In this document: positions 44,194-54,314 of the stretch, in pieces
Layout of the letters: each line of letters starts with the position of its first letter
Position numbering within the stretch: the first letter of the stretch is position 1
Source: an uncultured Planctomycetaceae bacterium
Lineage (GTDB): Bacteria; Planctomycetota; Planctomycetia; Planctomycetales; Planctomycetaceae
DNA length: 64,000 nt
Direction of reading: 5' to 3'
NCBI GenBank assembly: GCA_963813715.1
Contig: CAWFAK010000017.1
Coordinates: 992,001-1,056,000 of the forward strand
Position numbers and translations under genes: made by a program
Notes under the pieces: model-generated
Database searches by the model: none
What the model was told of the DNA's origin: nothing
What the model saw: the letters and a program-made list of their open reading frames with translations, nothing else

Positions 44194-45723
44194 TCACAAA
44201 CGAGCCGGCACCACCCCCGCGGCGGACATCTCGGCATGCGAAATTGCCGGCAGTCGGACGGTGAATTCGGCCCCACCTTCGGGCCGGTTGACGGCCTCGA
44301 TCTGACCTCCATGGGACTCGACAATCCGCTTGCAGATCGAAAGCCCCAACCCGATCCCGGTCGGCTTGGTCGACACGAACGGCTCGAAAATCTTGGATCC
44401 CAGCTCGCTCGGCAGTCCTCGACCCGTGTCGCGGACGCGGACGGTGACCCAACCAGGCCCGCCGTTGGTCGCGTCTTCGGCCGTCTCGATTTCGACCGAG
44501 ATTGACCCACCCTCAGGCACGGCGTCAAGCGCGTTGAGTACCAGGTTGAGTAGGACTTGCCGCACTTGCCCCATGTCGGCACGGATGGTGATCGGCTGGT
44601 CCTCGGGGGACTCGCAGGAAATCCGCACCCCCTCCCGTCCCGCTCGCGGGTGGACCAGGTCGAGCACTTGCCCGACCAGAAGTCGCAGATCGAACGTGCG
44701 CCGCTCGATCTCCGGCGGTCGGGCAAAATCCAAAAATGTCTCGGCCGACCGTTCGAGCCGGGTGATCTCCTCTTCCAGCACCAGCAGATCGCGGTCGGCC
44801 AGGTTGGGGGGCGACGCCTCGGCCGCCGCCTGCACGAGGATTTTCATCGCCATGAGCGGGTTGCGCAGCTCGTGGGCGATTCCCGCCGCCATCTGCCCGA
44901 CCGCGGCCAACTGCTCGGCCCGCAGCGCTTCGCGGCGGCTTTCCTGCAATCGCTCGACGACGGCCCCGATTTGGTCGGCAATCTTGTGCAGGACAATCTC
45001 GATTTCTTCCAGGCCCGCCTGTGCGGAAAACGTGATCGGCCCCACGATCTCATTCAGTTTTCCGGCCGCGTCCTGAATCGGCAAGCTGAGACGGACGATC
45101 GACCGCGAAAATCCCCGGGCAATTCCGAAACCGGCGACCAAACCCGACACCGGGCCGCAAATGCCCAGCAGAAACAATCCCAGCACGACCCGATTGCCCA
45201 TCAGCAGGTTTTTGGCGTTCGAGTTCTCGATGTCTTCCTCGTTCGTATCCAGGTAAACCTGCGCGGGTTTGAGCAACTTATCTTCGAGCACAGGGATCAG
45301 CTGGTTGATCTTCGGCTTCCGCTCTTCGAGGGAGTCCTTCGCTTCGACGATCTGGTCGAGCTGGTTGAAAAAGTCCGCCGATCCCTCCCGCAACTGGCGG
45401 ACGTCGAGCTTCTCCCGCTCGGTCGCCGCTGCCCCTTCGGCCTCCAGGATCCAGTGATTGATGTCGTTTTTGGCGCCGCTGGCCGACTGGAGCGATTGCG
45501 GATCCCCCGACTTCAAATACTGATTGAGCTCCGTCCGGACGTCCCGAATGCCGATCGCCAGTTTTTCGCCCGCCCGCAGACCGGCGACGTCGAGAGAAAG
45601 CTGGTTGGACACCCCTTTTTGCGAGGTTTTGACCTGCCAGGCCGAAACGACCCCCACGATCAGCGGAATGGCGCTGATCGCGATGACCGGGCCGGCCACC
45701 CGGACAAACATGTTTGTCTTCAC
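44194..45723 (-). CDS. Membrane sensor histidine kinase
   Basis: Two TM helices flanking a helical sensor; AHELRNPL, NLVLNA, DTGRG, GIGLGL. Confidence 0.95.
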   Translation of the reverse strand: MKTNMFVRVAGPVIAISAIPLIVGVVSAWQVKTSQKGVSNQLSLDVAGLRAGEKLAIGIRDVRTELNQYLKSGDPQSLQSASGAKNDINHWILEAEGAAATEREKLDVRQLREGSADFFNQLDQIVEAKDSLEERKPKINQLIPVLEDKLLKPAQVYLDTNEEDIENSNAKNLLMGNRVVLGLFLLGICGPVSGLVAGFGIARGFSRSIVRLSLPIQDAAGKLNEIVGPITFSAQAGLEEIEIVLHKIADQIGAVVERLQESRREALRAEQLAAVGQMAAGIAHELRNPLMAMKILVQAAAEASPPNLADRDLLVLEEEITRLERSAETFLDFARPPEIERRTFDLRLLVGQVLDLVHPRAGREGVRISCESPEDQPITIRADMGQVRQVLLNLVLNALDAVPEGGSISVEIETAEDATNGGPGWVTVRVRDTGRGLPSELGSKIFEPFVSTKPTGIGLGLSICKRIVESHGGQIEAVNRPEGGAEFTVRLPAISHAEMSAAGVVPARL

Positions 45724-45856
45724 GGCGTCACCTCACAGAACATCGCGGCTGACCCGGTTGCAAATCGCCGCTAGCGCGGCTGGCCGAGTTGCAATCCGCC
45801 GCTTGACCGCGGCTAACCCGTCGCAATGCGCCGATCGACGATGGGCGTCTTAGGAT

Positions 45857-45897
45857 ATTGTCGCTCATCAGCATTGTCGCATAGTTTCAATTGTCGC
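45857..45897. repeat. Three direct ATTGTCGC repeats in a divergent promoter region
   Basis: Copies at 45857, 45873 and 45890. Confidence 0.8.
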
Positions 45898-46147
45898 ACA
45901 GCCGCTCGCGAAAACGACGACCCGGCCTCGCAAACTGAAAAATCAGCGGGTAACGAGGGTCGGCCGGCGGCCGCGAGAGCCCCGCGTCGGCTCGAAATGG
46001 TAGTCGCAGGGCGCTTTGGCGCTTGATGTTCGAGGTTGATATTCTGGGACGAAATTCGGATTAACCGAGAAAACGTCGGCGAGCTTTGCCCGACAAGAAT
46101 TGGGAAACTGCAAGAGATCGGGAAACTGCCACAGAAAGATCACGTCG

Positions 46148-47029
46148 ATGCAGCTCGTTTCGGGGAAGTCGCAGGGCCAGCTCATCATCGTGCATGGCGG
46201 GGCGCCCTCGCGGCTTCCCGCACCGGAAAAGATCGCGGCGGCCGCCCAGGCGCTCGAGTCGATCGCCGTCGCGTGTTTCCCGGAGCTGGCGAAACGCCCG
46301 CCCACGGAGGTCGTCGCCTCCGCGCTTGCGGCCTTGGAGGCCGATCCTCAGTTCAATGCGGGGCTCGGCGGAGCCATTCAGAGCGACGGGGAGGTTCGCG
46401 TCTCGGCCGCCATCATGGACGGGGCCCGGCAATCGTTTTCCGGCGTCATCAATGCGTTGCGGGTGAAGCATCCCTCCGTCATCGCGTTGTCTCTTCAGTC
46501 GCAGAAATCGCGGGTGATCTCGCAGCCGGGCGTGCAGACGCTCGCCCGCGACCTGAAGCTTCCGGACGAAAGGCTGGCCACGGAAGAGCAGTTGGAAAGC
46601 TGGCGGCGGCGGAAGGAAGTCGGTGGCTTCGATACGGTGGGCTGCGTGGTCCGCAGCTCATCGGGTCAGCTTGCCGCGGGAACCAGCACGGGGGGGCGCT
46701 CGTTCGAGTTTCCCGGCCGCGTGAGCGATTCGGCGACCGTGGCGGGCAACTATGCATCCGCGGTCGTGGCGGTGAGCGCGACAGGAATCGGCGAGGAGAT
46801 CGTCGACGACGCCTTGGCGGCCCGCCTCGAAACGCGGTGCCGCGACGGGATGCCGCTCGAAGACGCGGCTAGACGCTGCCTCGACGAAGCCGTGTCGCGC
46901 AATCGTACGTACGGTTGGATCGCCCTGCATCGCAACGGTGATTGGGTCTCGGCCTACACGACGCCGACCATGAGTTTCTGCGTCCGAAGTGAGGCGGGAA
47001 CGCTCGCCTCATCGGCTCTGAAATCGTAG
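46148..47029 (+). CDS. Isoaspartyl peptidase / L-asparaginase (Ntn hydrolase)
   Basis: IVHGGA, FNAGLG, DTVG, GTSTGG, GRVSDS, ATGIGE. Confidence 0.92.
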   Translation: MQLVSGKSQGQLIIVHGGAPSRLPAPEKIAAAAQALESIAVACFPELAKRPPTEVVASALAALEADPQFNAGLGGAIQSDGEVRVSAAIMDGARQSFSGVINALRVKHPSVIALSLQSQKSRVISQPGVQTLARDLKLPDERLATEEQLESWRRRKEVGGFDTVGCVVRSSSGQLAAGTSTGGRSFEFPGRVSDSATVAGNYASAVVAVSATGIGEEIVDDALAARLETRCRDGMPLEDAARRCLDEAVSRNRTYGWIALHRNGDWVSAYTTPTMSFCVRSEAGTLASSALKS

Positions 47030-47230
47030 ACCGGCCGGAAGCTTAGATCATGCCACGGCCCTGCCCGCCAGCACCGGTCGCTTGGGCTTCCCTCCGTCGC
47101 ATCGTTCTCCTACCATCGTCGCGCCGCAGAAAAGCGGTCGCCGACCGACCCCGAGCAGCCTGTTCGCGGCGGCCAAACCTCATTCAGCACCAACACATTC
47201 ACAGTCCAGTCAGAGAGCGAAAGCAGGACC

Positions 47231-47842
47231 ATGGCGGAACAGAAAGCGACCAACATCACCTGGCACGAGCACAAGGTTTCCAAGGCCGACCGCAGCAAAC
47301 TCAACGCGCACAAAGGGGCCGTGCTCTGGTTCACCGGACTGAGCGCCTGCGGCAAGAGCACGGTTGCCAACACCGTCGACCACTTGCTGCATTCGCGCGG
47401 CAAGCACACGTTCGTGCTCGACGGCGACAACATCCGCCACGGCTTGAACAAGAACCTGGGATTCTCGGCCGCCGACCGCGCGGAAAACATTCGCCGCATC
47501 GGCGAGGTCGCCAAGCTGTTCTGCGAGGGCGGGACCATCGCGCTGACGGCCTTCATCTCGCCGTACAAAGCCGACCGGGATGCGGTTCGCGCTCTCCTCG
47601 CGCCGGGCGAGTTCATCGAGATCTACGTCAAGGCGTCGATCGAGACGTGCGAGAAGCGCGACCCCAAGGGACTCTACAAAAAGGCCCGGGCCGGCGAACT
47701 CAAGAATTTCACCGGCATCGACGACCCGTACGAAGCGCCGGAGAAAGCCGAACTGGTCCTCGATGCGGACACCAAGGGAATCGATGACCTCGCGCACGAA
47801 GTCGTTGCCTATCTGGAGAAGCACCACATCCTCTCGCTGTGA
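47231..47842 (+). CDS. cysC: Adenylyl-sulfate kinase
   Basis: WFTGLSACGKST, LDGDNIRHGL, FISPY, RDPKGLY, FTGIDDPYEAP. Confidence 0.97.
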   Translation: MAEQKATNITWHEHKVSKADRSKLNAHKGAVLWFTGLSACGKSTVANTVDHLLHSRGKHTFVLDGDNIRHGLNKNLGFSAADRAENIRRIGEVAKLFCEGGTIALTAFISPYKADRDAVRALLAPGEFIEIYVKASIETCEKRDPKGLYKKARAGELKNFTGIDDPYEAPEKAELVLDADTKGIDDLAHEVVAYLEKHHILSL

Positions 47843-47887
47843 GCGGGAGTTGACTGGGCCGCTGTGATCGCCGCCCGTCCCTGAAGT

Positions 47888-49343
47888 TCACAGCAGCGGG
47901 CCCAGCAGTCGCGCGACATTTTCGAGCAGCCGGACCCCCATCCCGCGCTTCTCCCATCGCACCATATTGAGTGCGCGTGACTTGCCGACGTACTGCGCCT
48001 GCAGGGCTTCGAGCCGGCTGGTGAATTCGCGGTCGTAGATTGCCAGCGTGATTTCAAAGTTGAGGTGCAGGCTCCGCGGATCGAGGTTGAGCGAGCCGAA
48101 CAGGCAGTACTCGCCGTCGACGCAGACCGACTTCGTGTGCAAGAGTCCGCCACGGAATAGCAGGACCTCGACTCCCGCCTCGACGAGGTCGCCCTGGATG
48201 CTGCGACTGGCCAGACGGGCGAGCCGCGAATCGACCTTCTCGGGCACGATGAGCGTAACCTTCACGCCCCGCTGGGCGGAGGAAACCAACGCCTCCATCA
48301 GGGCCTCGTCTGGGACGAAATAGGGCGTCGTCAGGACCAGCCGCTGTTGGGCGCTGTAGATGAAGGCGATCATGATCCGCTCGATGGCGTCCCGCGAATC
48401 GGAGGGACCAGACGGCAGCACCTGGACCGGTGAGGCGGCCAACGGAGGTTGAGGTCGAACGTCTCCCGTTTGCTTTAGCCGCTCGACATCCTCTTCGGTT
48501 TCAATCGCCCAGTCGCCCAGAAACGTTACGCCCAGGGGCTCCACGGCTGGGCCCTCCACGCTCACAACCGCGTCGACCCACTGCCCGACGCCGGCAGACC
48601 GCTTGAACAGACGAGCGTCGACCAGGTTCATGCTGCCCGTATAGGCGATGCGACCGTCGATGATCGCCAGCTTGCGATGGAGCCGCAGGTCGAACCGCAC
48701 AAAGATCAACCGCCACAGCCTCGCTTGCAGCGCCGCCTCGACCATGACCCCCGCTTCGCGCAGGCGCGGCACCCAATCGCTGCGGAGGAATTGGCGGCTG
48801 CCGACGTCGTCGAGCAGCATGCGGCACTTCACGCCGCGCGCGGCCGCAGCCATCATGGCCTCGGCCACGCGATCCGCGAGACCCCCTGCTGTCCAGATAT
48901 AGAACTCGAGGTGACAGGTGCTGCGGGCCTCCTCAATCGCGCGCACCAGGACCTGCAATGCCTCGGCCGAGTTCTCGATTAACGTCAAGCGATTTCCCGC
49001 GGTGACCGGCATGCCCATCGTTTTCTGGCACATCCGCGCGAGCGCCTCGGCGGCGACGGGTTGGGAACTCCAGTCGATCGGGCCAGGCGTGACGTGGTCA
49101 AGCCAACTTTGGTAAGGGGCACTCAGTTCGGCAGCGCGGGCGGCCCGATAGACGCCCAGCCGCAGCTCGCCGAGCAGCAAATAGGCGATCGCGCCCGAAG
49201 AACGGAAACGTCAGGACGACGAACAGCCACGCCAGCGACACGCCGACCGGCAGCCGACGCATGATCACTCGCACCGACAGCCCCAGTCGAAGCACGAGAT
49301 CCAGGCAGACCAAAAAAACCGTCCACCAATTGACGTTCTCCAT
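47888..49343 (-). CDS. cls: Cardiolipin synthase (frameshift ~49200)
   Basis: Two N-terminal TMs; HRKLAIIDG and HTKSVCVDG (HKD motifs); TTPYFVP; RSLHLNFE. Confidence 0.95.
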
Positions 49344-49496
49344 TCGTCCTCTCGAGTTGGCCGAGTACTCCGATCGGGGTTTGAGCGGGAAGCCGATTCG
49401 CGCGAGTCCTGCGCCGAGCGCGACTTCGCCAATCGATCGGGATTCTAGCGAACGCGGTCGCGAAACACGATTTGGCCGCGGCAAGAAGGCGGCGAT

Positions 49497-50342
49497 TCAG
49501 AACGCGTTGCGGAACTCGCCGGAGCGCAGCCACTTAGAACGGAACAAAGTCCAGATGTCGGCCGCGAGCTGGTCGGTGACGAAGCGATAGGGGAGCCAGC
49601 CGTAGCCGTCGTTGCCCCATTTCGTCCCCCACGAACTGCGGATCAAGAGCGCCCCGCGGGTGGAACGGATTCGCAAGTCGTCGTCGTAGCCGACAACCGT
49701 GACCGCCTGCCCCGTCCGGATCGAGTCGAAGCGGCTGGGAAAGGCGATTTCCGGATCCTCGGTGACGGAGCTGGGAACGCAAAAGCCGAGGGCGCAGACG
49801 AACCCGGCCGCCAATAGGGAGCGGAGCGCGTCCAATGTCTGGCCACCGGATTGCATCGCGGCATCGACCCGCACGTAGCGGACATCGCGATACTCGGTAT
49901 TGAAGGCGTAAAGATAGGGATCGGGAGCGCGCTCCAGGGCATCCGCTGCGTACGGCCAAAACCGCTCGGGGGGCAGGCCGAACTTGAGCGCGGCCTTCAA
50001 CGAAACTCTCAGGCAAGCTCCGCCGCGAGCGCCGTCGCAACCCGAAAATCGCAGCGCGTTGGCGTGTAAAAACAAACGCGACGGGCTGATGACGTGGCCG
50101 GTCGCTCGCCGCTCGAAGTACTGAAACAGGCCCACGCACGCGTGCGCCGAGCTGGTCCCCAAGTCGCCTTGATCCTGCACGGGCAGACAATATTCGCGCC
50201 AATCGACGGTGGTCGGCCGCGCCTGGTTGGATGTGCGTAGGCGATCGAGCATCCGGCGGATGCGCGCTTGGCGAACAGTGAAGTCCCGATGATCGGGAGC
50301 ATCCCGCCGCCAACCACAATCGCAGAGGTCGATCGCGAGCAT
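49497..50342 (-). CDS. Papain-like (C1A) protein with catalytic triad replaced
   Basis: GWRRDAPDHRDF, VDWR, VQDQGDLGTSSA, SRLF, GQAVTVVGYDD, LIRSSWG..WG.DGYGWLPY. Confidence 0.9.
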   Translation of the reverse strand: MLAIDLCDCGWRRDAPDHRDFTVRQARIRRMLDRLRTSNQARPTTVDWREYCLPVQDQGDLGTSSAHACVGLFQYFERRATGHVISPSRLFLHANALRFSGCDGARGGACLRVSLKAALKFGLPPERFWPYAADALERAPDPYLYAFNTEYRDVRYVRVDAAMQSGGQTLDALRSLLAAGFVCALGFCVPSSVTEDPEIAFPSRFDSIRTGQAVTVVGYDDDLRIRSTRGALLIRSSWGTKWGNDGYGWLPYRFVTDQLAADIWTLFRSKWLRSGEFRNAF

Positions 50343-50473
50343 TCATCCACCACAGGGACGTTGGGAATACCACGTGTGACGGCCACAGCGCAAAAAACAC
50401 GCTGAGGTGGAATCTAGACGCAAACCCATGTCGAAGACTAGTGGGAACCAGGTGAAGCTCGGGTGAAGCTATC

Positions 50474-50488
50474 GCACTTGAGCTGCCA
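50474..50488 (-). promoter_or_regulatory. Candidate sigma-54 promoter of the papain-like gene
   Basis: Minus strand TGGCAGCTCAAGTGC (GG-N10-GC). Confidence 0.45.
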
Positions 50489-50722
50489 TCGTGGCACGCG
50501 AGCGAAGATGCATCGTGCCGTTGCGATTCGCGTCCCGCGCGCCGCCGTAACTTCGTTTGGCAACCTGCGCAACCACGTCACTCTCTTGTCGCCGCACATC
50601 CACCGTATTCCCACTTCATTGCCACTTGTTGGGGGATCCCACCGCCATGAAGATGGTCAAACACACTTTGCTTGGCACTGCCAGGGAAATCGCATTCGCA
50701 ACACTGTGTCAGTCGTGGGGTC

Positions 50723-50809
50723 GGGTCGGACGTGAGGTCGGGGTCGGACGCGAGGTCGAGGAGAAGTAGAACATGCCAGGTCAGAACGGGTCGGGTCACG
50801 GGTCGGGTC
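50723..50809 (+). repeat. 18-bp and 12-bp tandem repeats around the start of the polysaccharide operon
   Basis: GGGTCGGACG(T/C)GAGGTCG x2 (50723-50758); ACGGGTCGGGTC x2 (50786-50809). Confidence 0.85.
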
Positions 50810-52230
50810 ACAACGGTTCGCACACACAACTCAGCGGCGCGACTTACGCCACGGTGCTTGGCAGCGTTTCGCGGCACCGAGGGAAGCTGCTTGTGTTCGG
50901 GTGCCTGATGCTGGTTGGCGCAGTCGTCCTCGGCGCCGTGTGGCCCAAGACCTACCGTTCCGAAGCCAAGTTGTATGTCCGCCTCGGTCGTGAAAATGTC
51001 GGCATGGATGCCACGGCGAGCCTGGGCCATGAAATTCAAGGCCTGCAGATCAGCCGCGAAGAGGAACTCAACACGGTCGTCGAGCTGCTCCGTAGTCGTT
51101 CGCTGTTGGAGAAAGTGGTCGACGCCGTCGGTCCCGAGACGATCTTGAATCCGTCGAACGCGTCGAGCCAGTCCGCCCCGCCGTCACTGGTCGCCACGCT
51201 TCGCGCCACCGTGAGTCAAGGAGCGCATTGGCTGACCAACGACGAACCGGTCACGCAGCGTGAGCGGGCGATCATCGCGTTGCGGCAGCAGCTCGATATG
51301 CAAAACGTCCGCAAGACCGACGTGATCCTGGTCGCCCACGAGGGCCCGAACGCCGCGGCCTCGCAGAAGATCGTCTCCCACCTCATCAATCTGTACCTCG
51401 ACGAACACGTGCGGATGAGCCGCTCGCCGCACGAACACGCCTTCCTGGCCGAACAGGCCGGTTCGATCAAGAAACAACTCGTCCAGCGGGAAGCCGAGCT
51501 CAAAGCGTTCAAAGACCAGACCGGACTGGCTTCGCCGGCCGAGCAGCGGCAGACGCTTGTCGGACAAATCGGTCGCCTCGAGGACGATCTGAAGACCACG
51601 CTCGCCATGAGCGAGGCAACCGAGGCCGAAAACCGCGAAATCTTCGCCGAGCAAGGCCGGGCCTCCGCCCTCGACGGCAAGGTCCACGACGAGCTGCGAT
51701 TGATGGCCCTCAAAGAGAAGCCGGCTCTGGCCGCCCAGCGAGCCAAGGCCGCTCTCCTGCGGACCCAGCTCGCCGAAGCCAAGGAGCAGTTGCGAGCGCT
51801 CAACGGCAACGAAAACAAGATCACGCAGATGCAGCGGGAAGCTCAGATCCTCGAAGTCAGCTACCGGAAATATTCGGAAAGCCTCGAGCAGGCCCGCCTC
51901 GATGCCTCGCTCGAAAGTCAGCGGATTTCCAACATCAATGTGGCCCAGCCGGCAACCTTGAGCCTCCAGCCCGTGCGGCCGCAGCGGTCGTTGTTCCTGG
52001 CCGCGGGCCTGCTGCTTGCCATCTTCGGTGGTCCGGCGCTGGCCGTACTCTTCGAGACCTACTGGCCGTCCGCGCGACGCGAAGCCGAGCAGCGGCTCGA
52101 CATGCCAGTGCTGACGCCGGCTCCCGCGATGCGGAGATCCGCAGCCGATCGGTGCGTAAGCACCGTTCTCGGGCCGAACGGTGGTGTCGCACGATTGGCA
52201 ACCAGAACTCGAAGAATCGACCAACTATGA
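50773..52230 (+). CDS. GumC/Wzc-like polysaccharide co-polymerase without kinase domain
   Basis: TM-PKTYRSEAKLYV, ELLRSRSL, coiled coil, NINVAQPA..P..PVRP-TM; no Walker A. C-terminus uncertain. Confidence 0.87.
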   Translation: MPGQNGSGHGSGHNGSHTQLSGATYATVLGSVSRHRGKLLVFGCLMLVGAVVLGAVWPKTYRSEAKLYVRLGRENVGMDATASLGHEIQGLQISREEELNTVVELLRSRSLLEKVVDAVGPETILNPSNASSQSAPPSLVATLRATVSQGAHWLTNDEPVTQRERAIIALRQQLDMQNVRKTDVILVAHEGPNAAASQKIVSHLINLYLDEHVRMSRSPHEHAFLAEQAGSIKKQLVQREAELKAFKDQTGLASPAEQRQTLVGQIGRLEDDLKTTLAMSEATEAENREIFAEQGRASALDGKVHDELRLMALKEKPALAAQRAKAALLRTQLAEAKEQLRALNGNENKITQMQREAQILEVSYRKYSESLEQARLDASLESQRISNINVAQPATLSLQPVRPQRSLFLAAGLLLAIFGGPALAVLFETYWPSARREAEQRLDMPVLTPAPAMRRSAADRCVSTVLGPNGGVARLATRTRRIDQL

Positions 52231-54260
52231 CGGGCCGGATTAGAAAGACACATCGCTTCTCGCACGCAAGCGGCAATCACGGGAGCTTTCCCGTGGTGGA
52301 GTCGTGCGAAACTCAAATCGCGACAGAGGCCGCCACAGCGATCGAAATTGTCACCCGGAGCGGCAAACGCCTCGTGCGGCTGTTCGTGCAGAACGCCTTC
52401 CTCCGCGTCGGTCTGCTCGGGTTCGGCCACCTGGCCGTCTTCTTCCTCTCCTACTGGCTGGCCTTCTGCCTGCGATTTGACTTCGCGGTGCCGTCGGCCT
52501 CCGTCTCCGTCTTCTGGGGCACGCTCGCTTTCGTGCTGTCGCTCAAGATCTGCATCTTTTTCGGCGCGGGACATTTCCACGGCTGGTGGCGTTATGTGAC
52601 CTTCGCCGACTTGGCGTCGCTTTTGCGGGCCTCCCTCCTGTCCCTGCTGTGCATCAGCACCATTAATCACTTTTTCTTGGGAAGCCATATCCCTCGCTCG
52701 GTGGCGATCATGGACTGCGTGATCACCATCGTCATGATCGGTGCGTTGCGGGCGAGCTGGCGGCTGGTCCGCGAGCAGTTCTGGCCTCTCTTTCAGCAGG
52801 ACGATTGCCGGCCGGCCCTTCTCGTGGGCACGGACGATGCCACGGGCTTGCTGGCCCACCAGATTCGCACGCATCCGCAATCGCGGTATCGCATCCGGGG
52901 ATTTTTGGACGTCAACGGGGCTCGCGTCGGTTCGAGCTTGGGCGGTATTCCGGTCGTCGGCTCGCTGGACGATCTGCCGGCCGTCGCCGTCACTCGCCGC
53001 ATCACCGACATCCTGGTGATTGCCGGCAGCCTCACGGGCAAGCGTCTGCGGAGCCTGATGGATGCCTGCGACGAAGCCCGGCTCACGCTCAAAATTATTC
53101 CTGGTCCCGAAGACCTCTTCGACGGCGGACGCGAGGTCCCCATTCGCAGCATCGATATCAACGACTTGTTGCGACGCGACCCGATTCAGCTCGACAACAC
53201 GGCCATCGGCGACCTGATCGAAGGCCGCACCGTGATGGTGACCGGCGCCGGCGGCAGCATCGGCTCCGAGATTTGTCGGCAGGTGCTCCGCTTCAGCCCG
53301 CGGGCCTTGATCATGGTCGGCCGCGGCGAGAACCGACTCTTCACGCTCGACCGTGAACTCAAGACTGTCGGCTCCGGCGCCGAGCTGGTCTCGTGCATCG
53401 GCGACGTGACGGACGAAGGCCGCATGCGGCAACTCTTCGGCCGCTACACGCCCGACGTGGTCTTCCATGCCGCCGCTCACAAGCATGTGCCGCTGATGGA
53501 AGCCAACCCCGCCGAGGCCGTCAAGAACAACGTCGGCGGCACGCGCTGCGTCGCCGACCTGGCCGACGAGTTCGGCGTCGGCTGCTTCATCCTGATCTCG
53601 ACCGACAAGGCGGTTTACCCGGCCAATATCATGGGAGCGACCAAGCGGCTGGCCGAGCGCTACGTGCTCGCCCTGTCGGAAACCTCCTCGACGCGGTTTG
53701 TCGTCACGCGGTTTGGCAATGTGCTCGGCTCCAACGGCAGCGTCGTCCCGATCTTCCAGGAACAAATCCGCCGCGGTGGCCCGATCACCGTGACCGATCC
53801 GCGGATGACCCGCTACTTCATGACGATTCCCGAAGCGTCGCAACTGGTGTTGCAGGCGGCCGCGATGGGCAACGGCGGCGAGATCTTCGTGTTGGACATG
53901 GGCGAACCGGTCCGCATCGTCGACCTGGCCCGCGACCTGATCCGGCTGTCTGGCTTGCCCGAGCACGCGATCGAGATTGCGTATTCGGGAATTCGGCCCG
54001 GCGAGAAGCTTTACGAGAAGCTTTGCACCGAGGAGGAAGGCACTCTCCCCACCCGGCACGAGAAGGTGCGTGTCGCCTACCACCGCCCCGATTCCCTGAT
54101 GGCTGTTCGGCGCGACTTTTCCGAACTCCAACAGCGGCTTGACGATACGGATGACGTAATTCGAGCTAAGCTTGAAGAACTTTTGCCCGAGTACAACCCC
54201 GAGGGTCGGATGAGTCCCGAAAAGCAAACTTCGGCCGACGCGTCCCTTGCATCCTCATAG
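52227..54260 (+). CDS. Membrane-bound UDP-HexNAc 4,6-dehydratase (CapD/WbpM/PglF family)
   Basis: N-terminal TMs; VTGAGGSIGSE, HAAAHKHVP, ISTDKAV, MGATK, RFGNVLGS, GIRPGEKL. Confidence 0.95.
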   Translation: MTGRIRKTHRFSHASGNHGSFPVVESCETQIATEAATAIEIVTRSGKRLVRLFVQNAFLRVGLLGFGHLAVFFLSYWLAFCLRFDFAVPSASVSVFWGTLAFVLSLKICIFFGAGHFHGWWRYVTFADLASLLRASLLSLLCISTINHFFLGSHIPRSVAIMDCVITIVMIGALRASWRLVREQFWPLFQQDDCRPALLVGTDDATGLLAHQIRTHPQSRYRIRGFLDVNGARVGSSLGGIPVVGSLDDLPAVAVTRRITDILVIAGSLTGKRLRSLMDACDEARLTLKIIPGPEDLFDGGREVPIRSIDINDLLRRDPIQLDNTAIGDLIEGRTVMVTGAGGSIGSEICRQVLRFSPRALIMVGRGENRLFTLDRELKTVGSGAELVSCIGDVTDEGRMRQLFGRYTPDVVFHAAAHKHVPLMEANPAEAVKNNVGGTRCVADLADEFGVGCFILISTDKAVYPANIMGATKRLAERYVLALSETSSTRFVVTRFGNVLGSNGSVVPIFQEQIRRGGPITVTDPRMTRYFMTIPEASQLVLQAAAMGNGGEIFVLDMGEPVRIVDLARDLIRLSGLPEHAIEIAYSGIRPGEKLYEKLCTEEEGTLPTRHEKVRVAYHRPDSLMAVRRDFSELQQRLDDTDDVIRAKLEELLPEYNPEGRMSPEKQTSADASLASS

Positions 54261-54314
54261 CGCAACGACTGGGTCCATAACCCGACAGTCAGCGGAAAAA
54301 CTCGAAACCAACCT

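Noticed and set aside
52059..54227. Long antisense ORFs (also 59492..61549, 30268..31926, 22907..24340)
   Set aside because: Shadow ORFs of GC-rich genes with no recognisable motifs.
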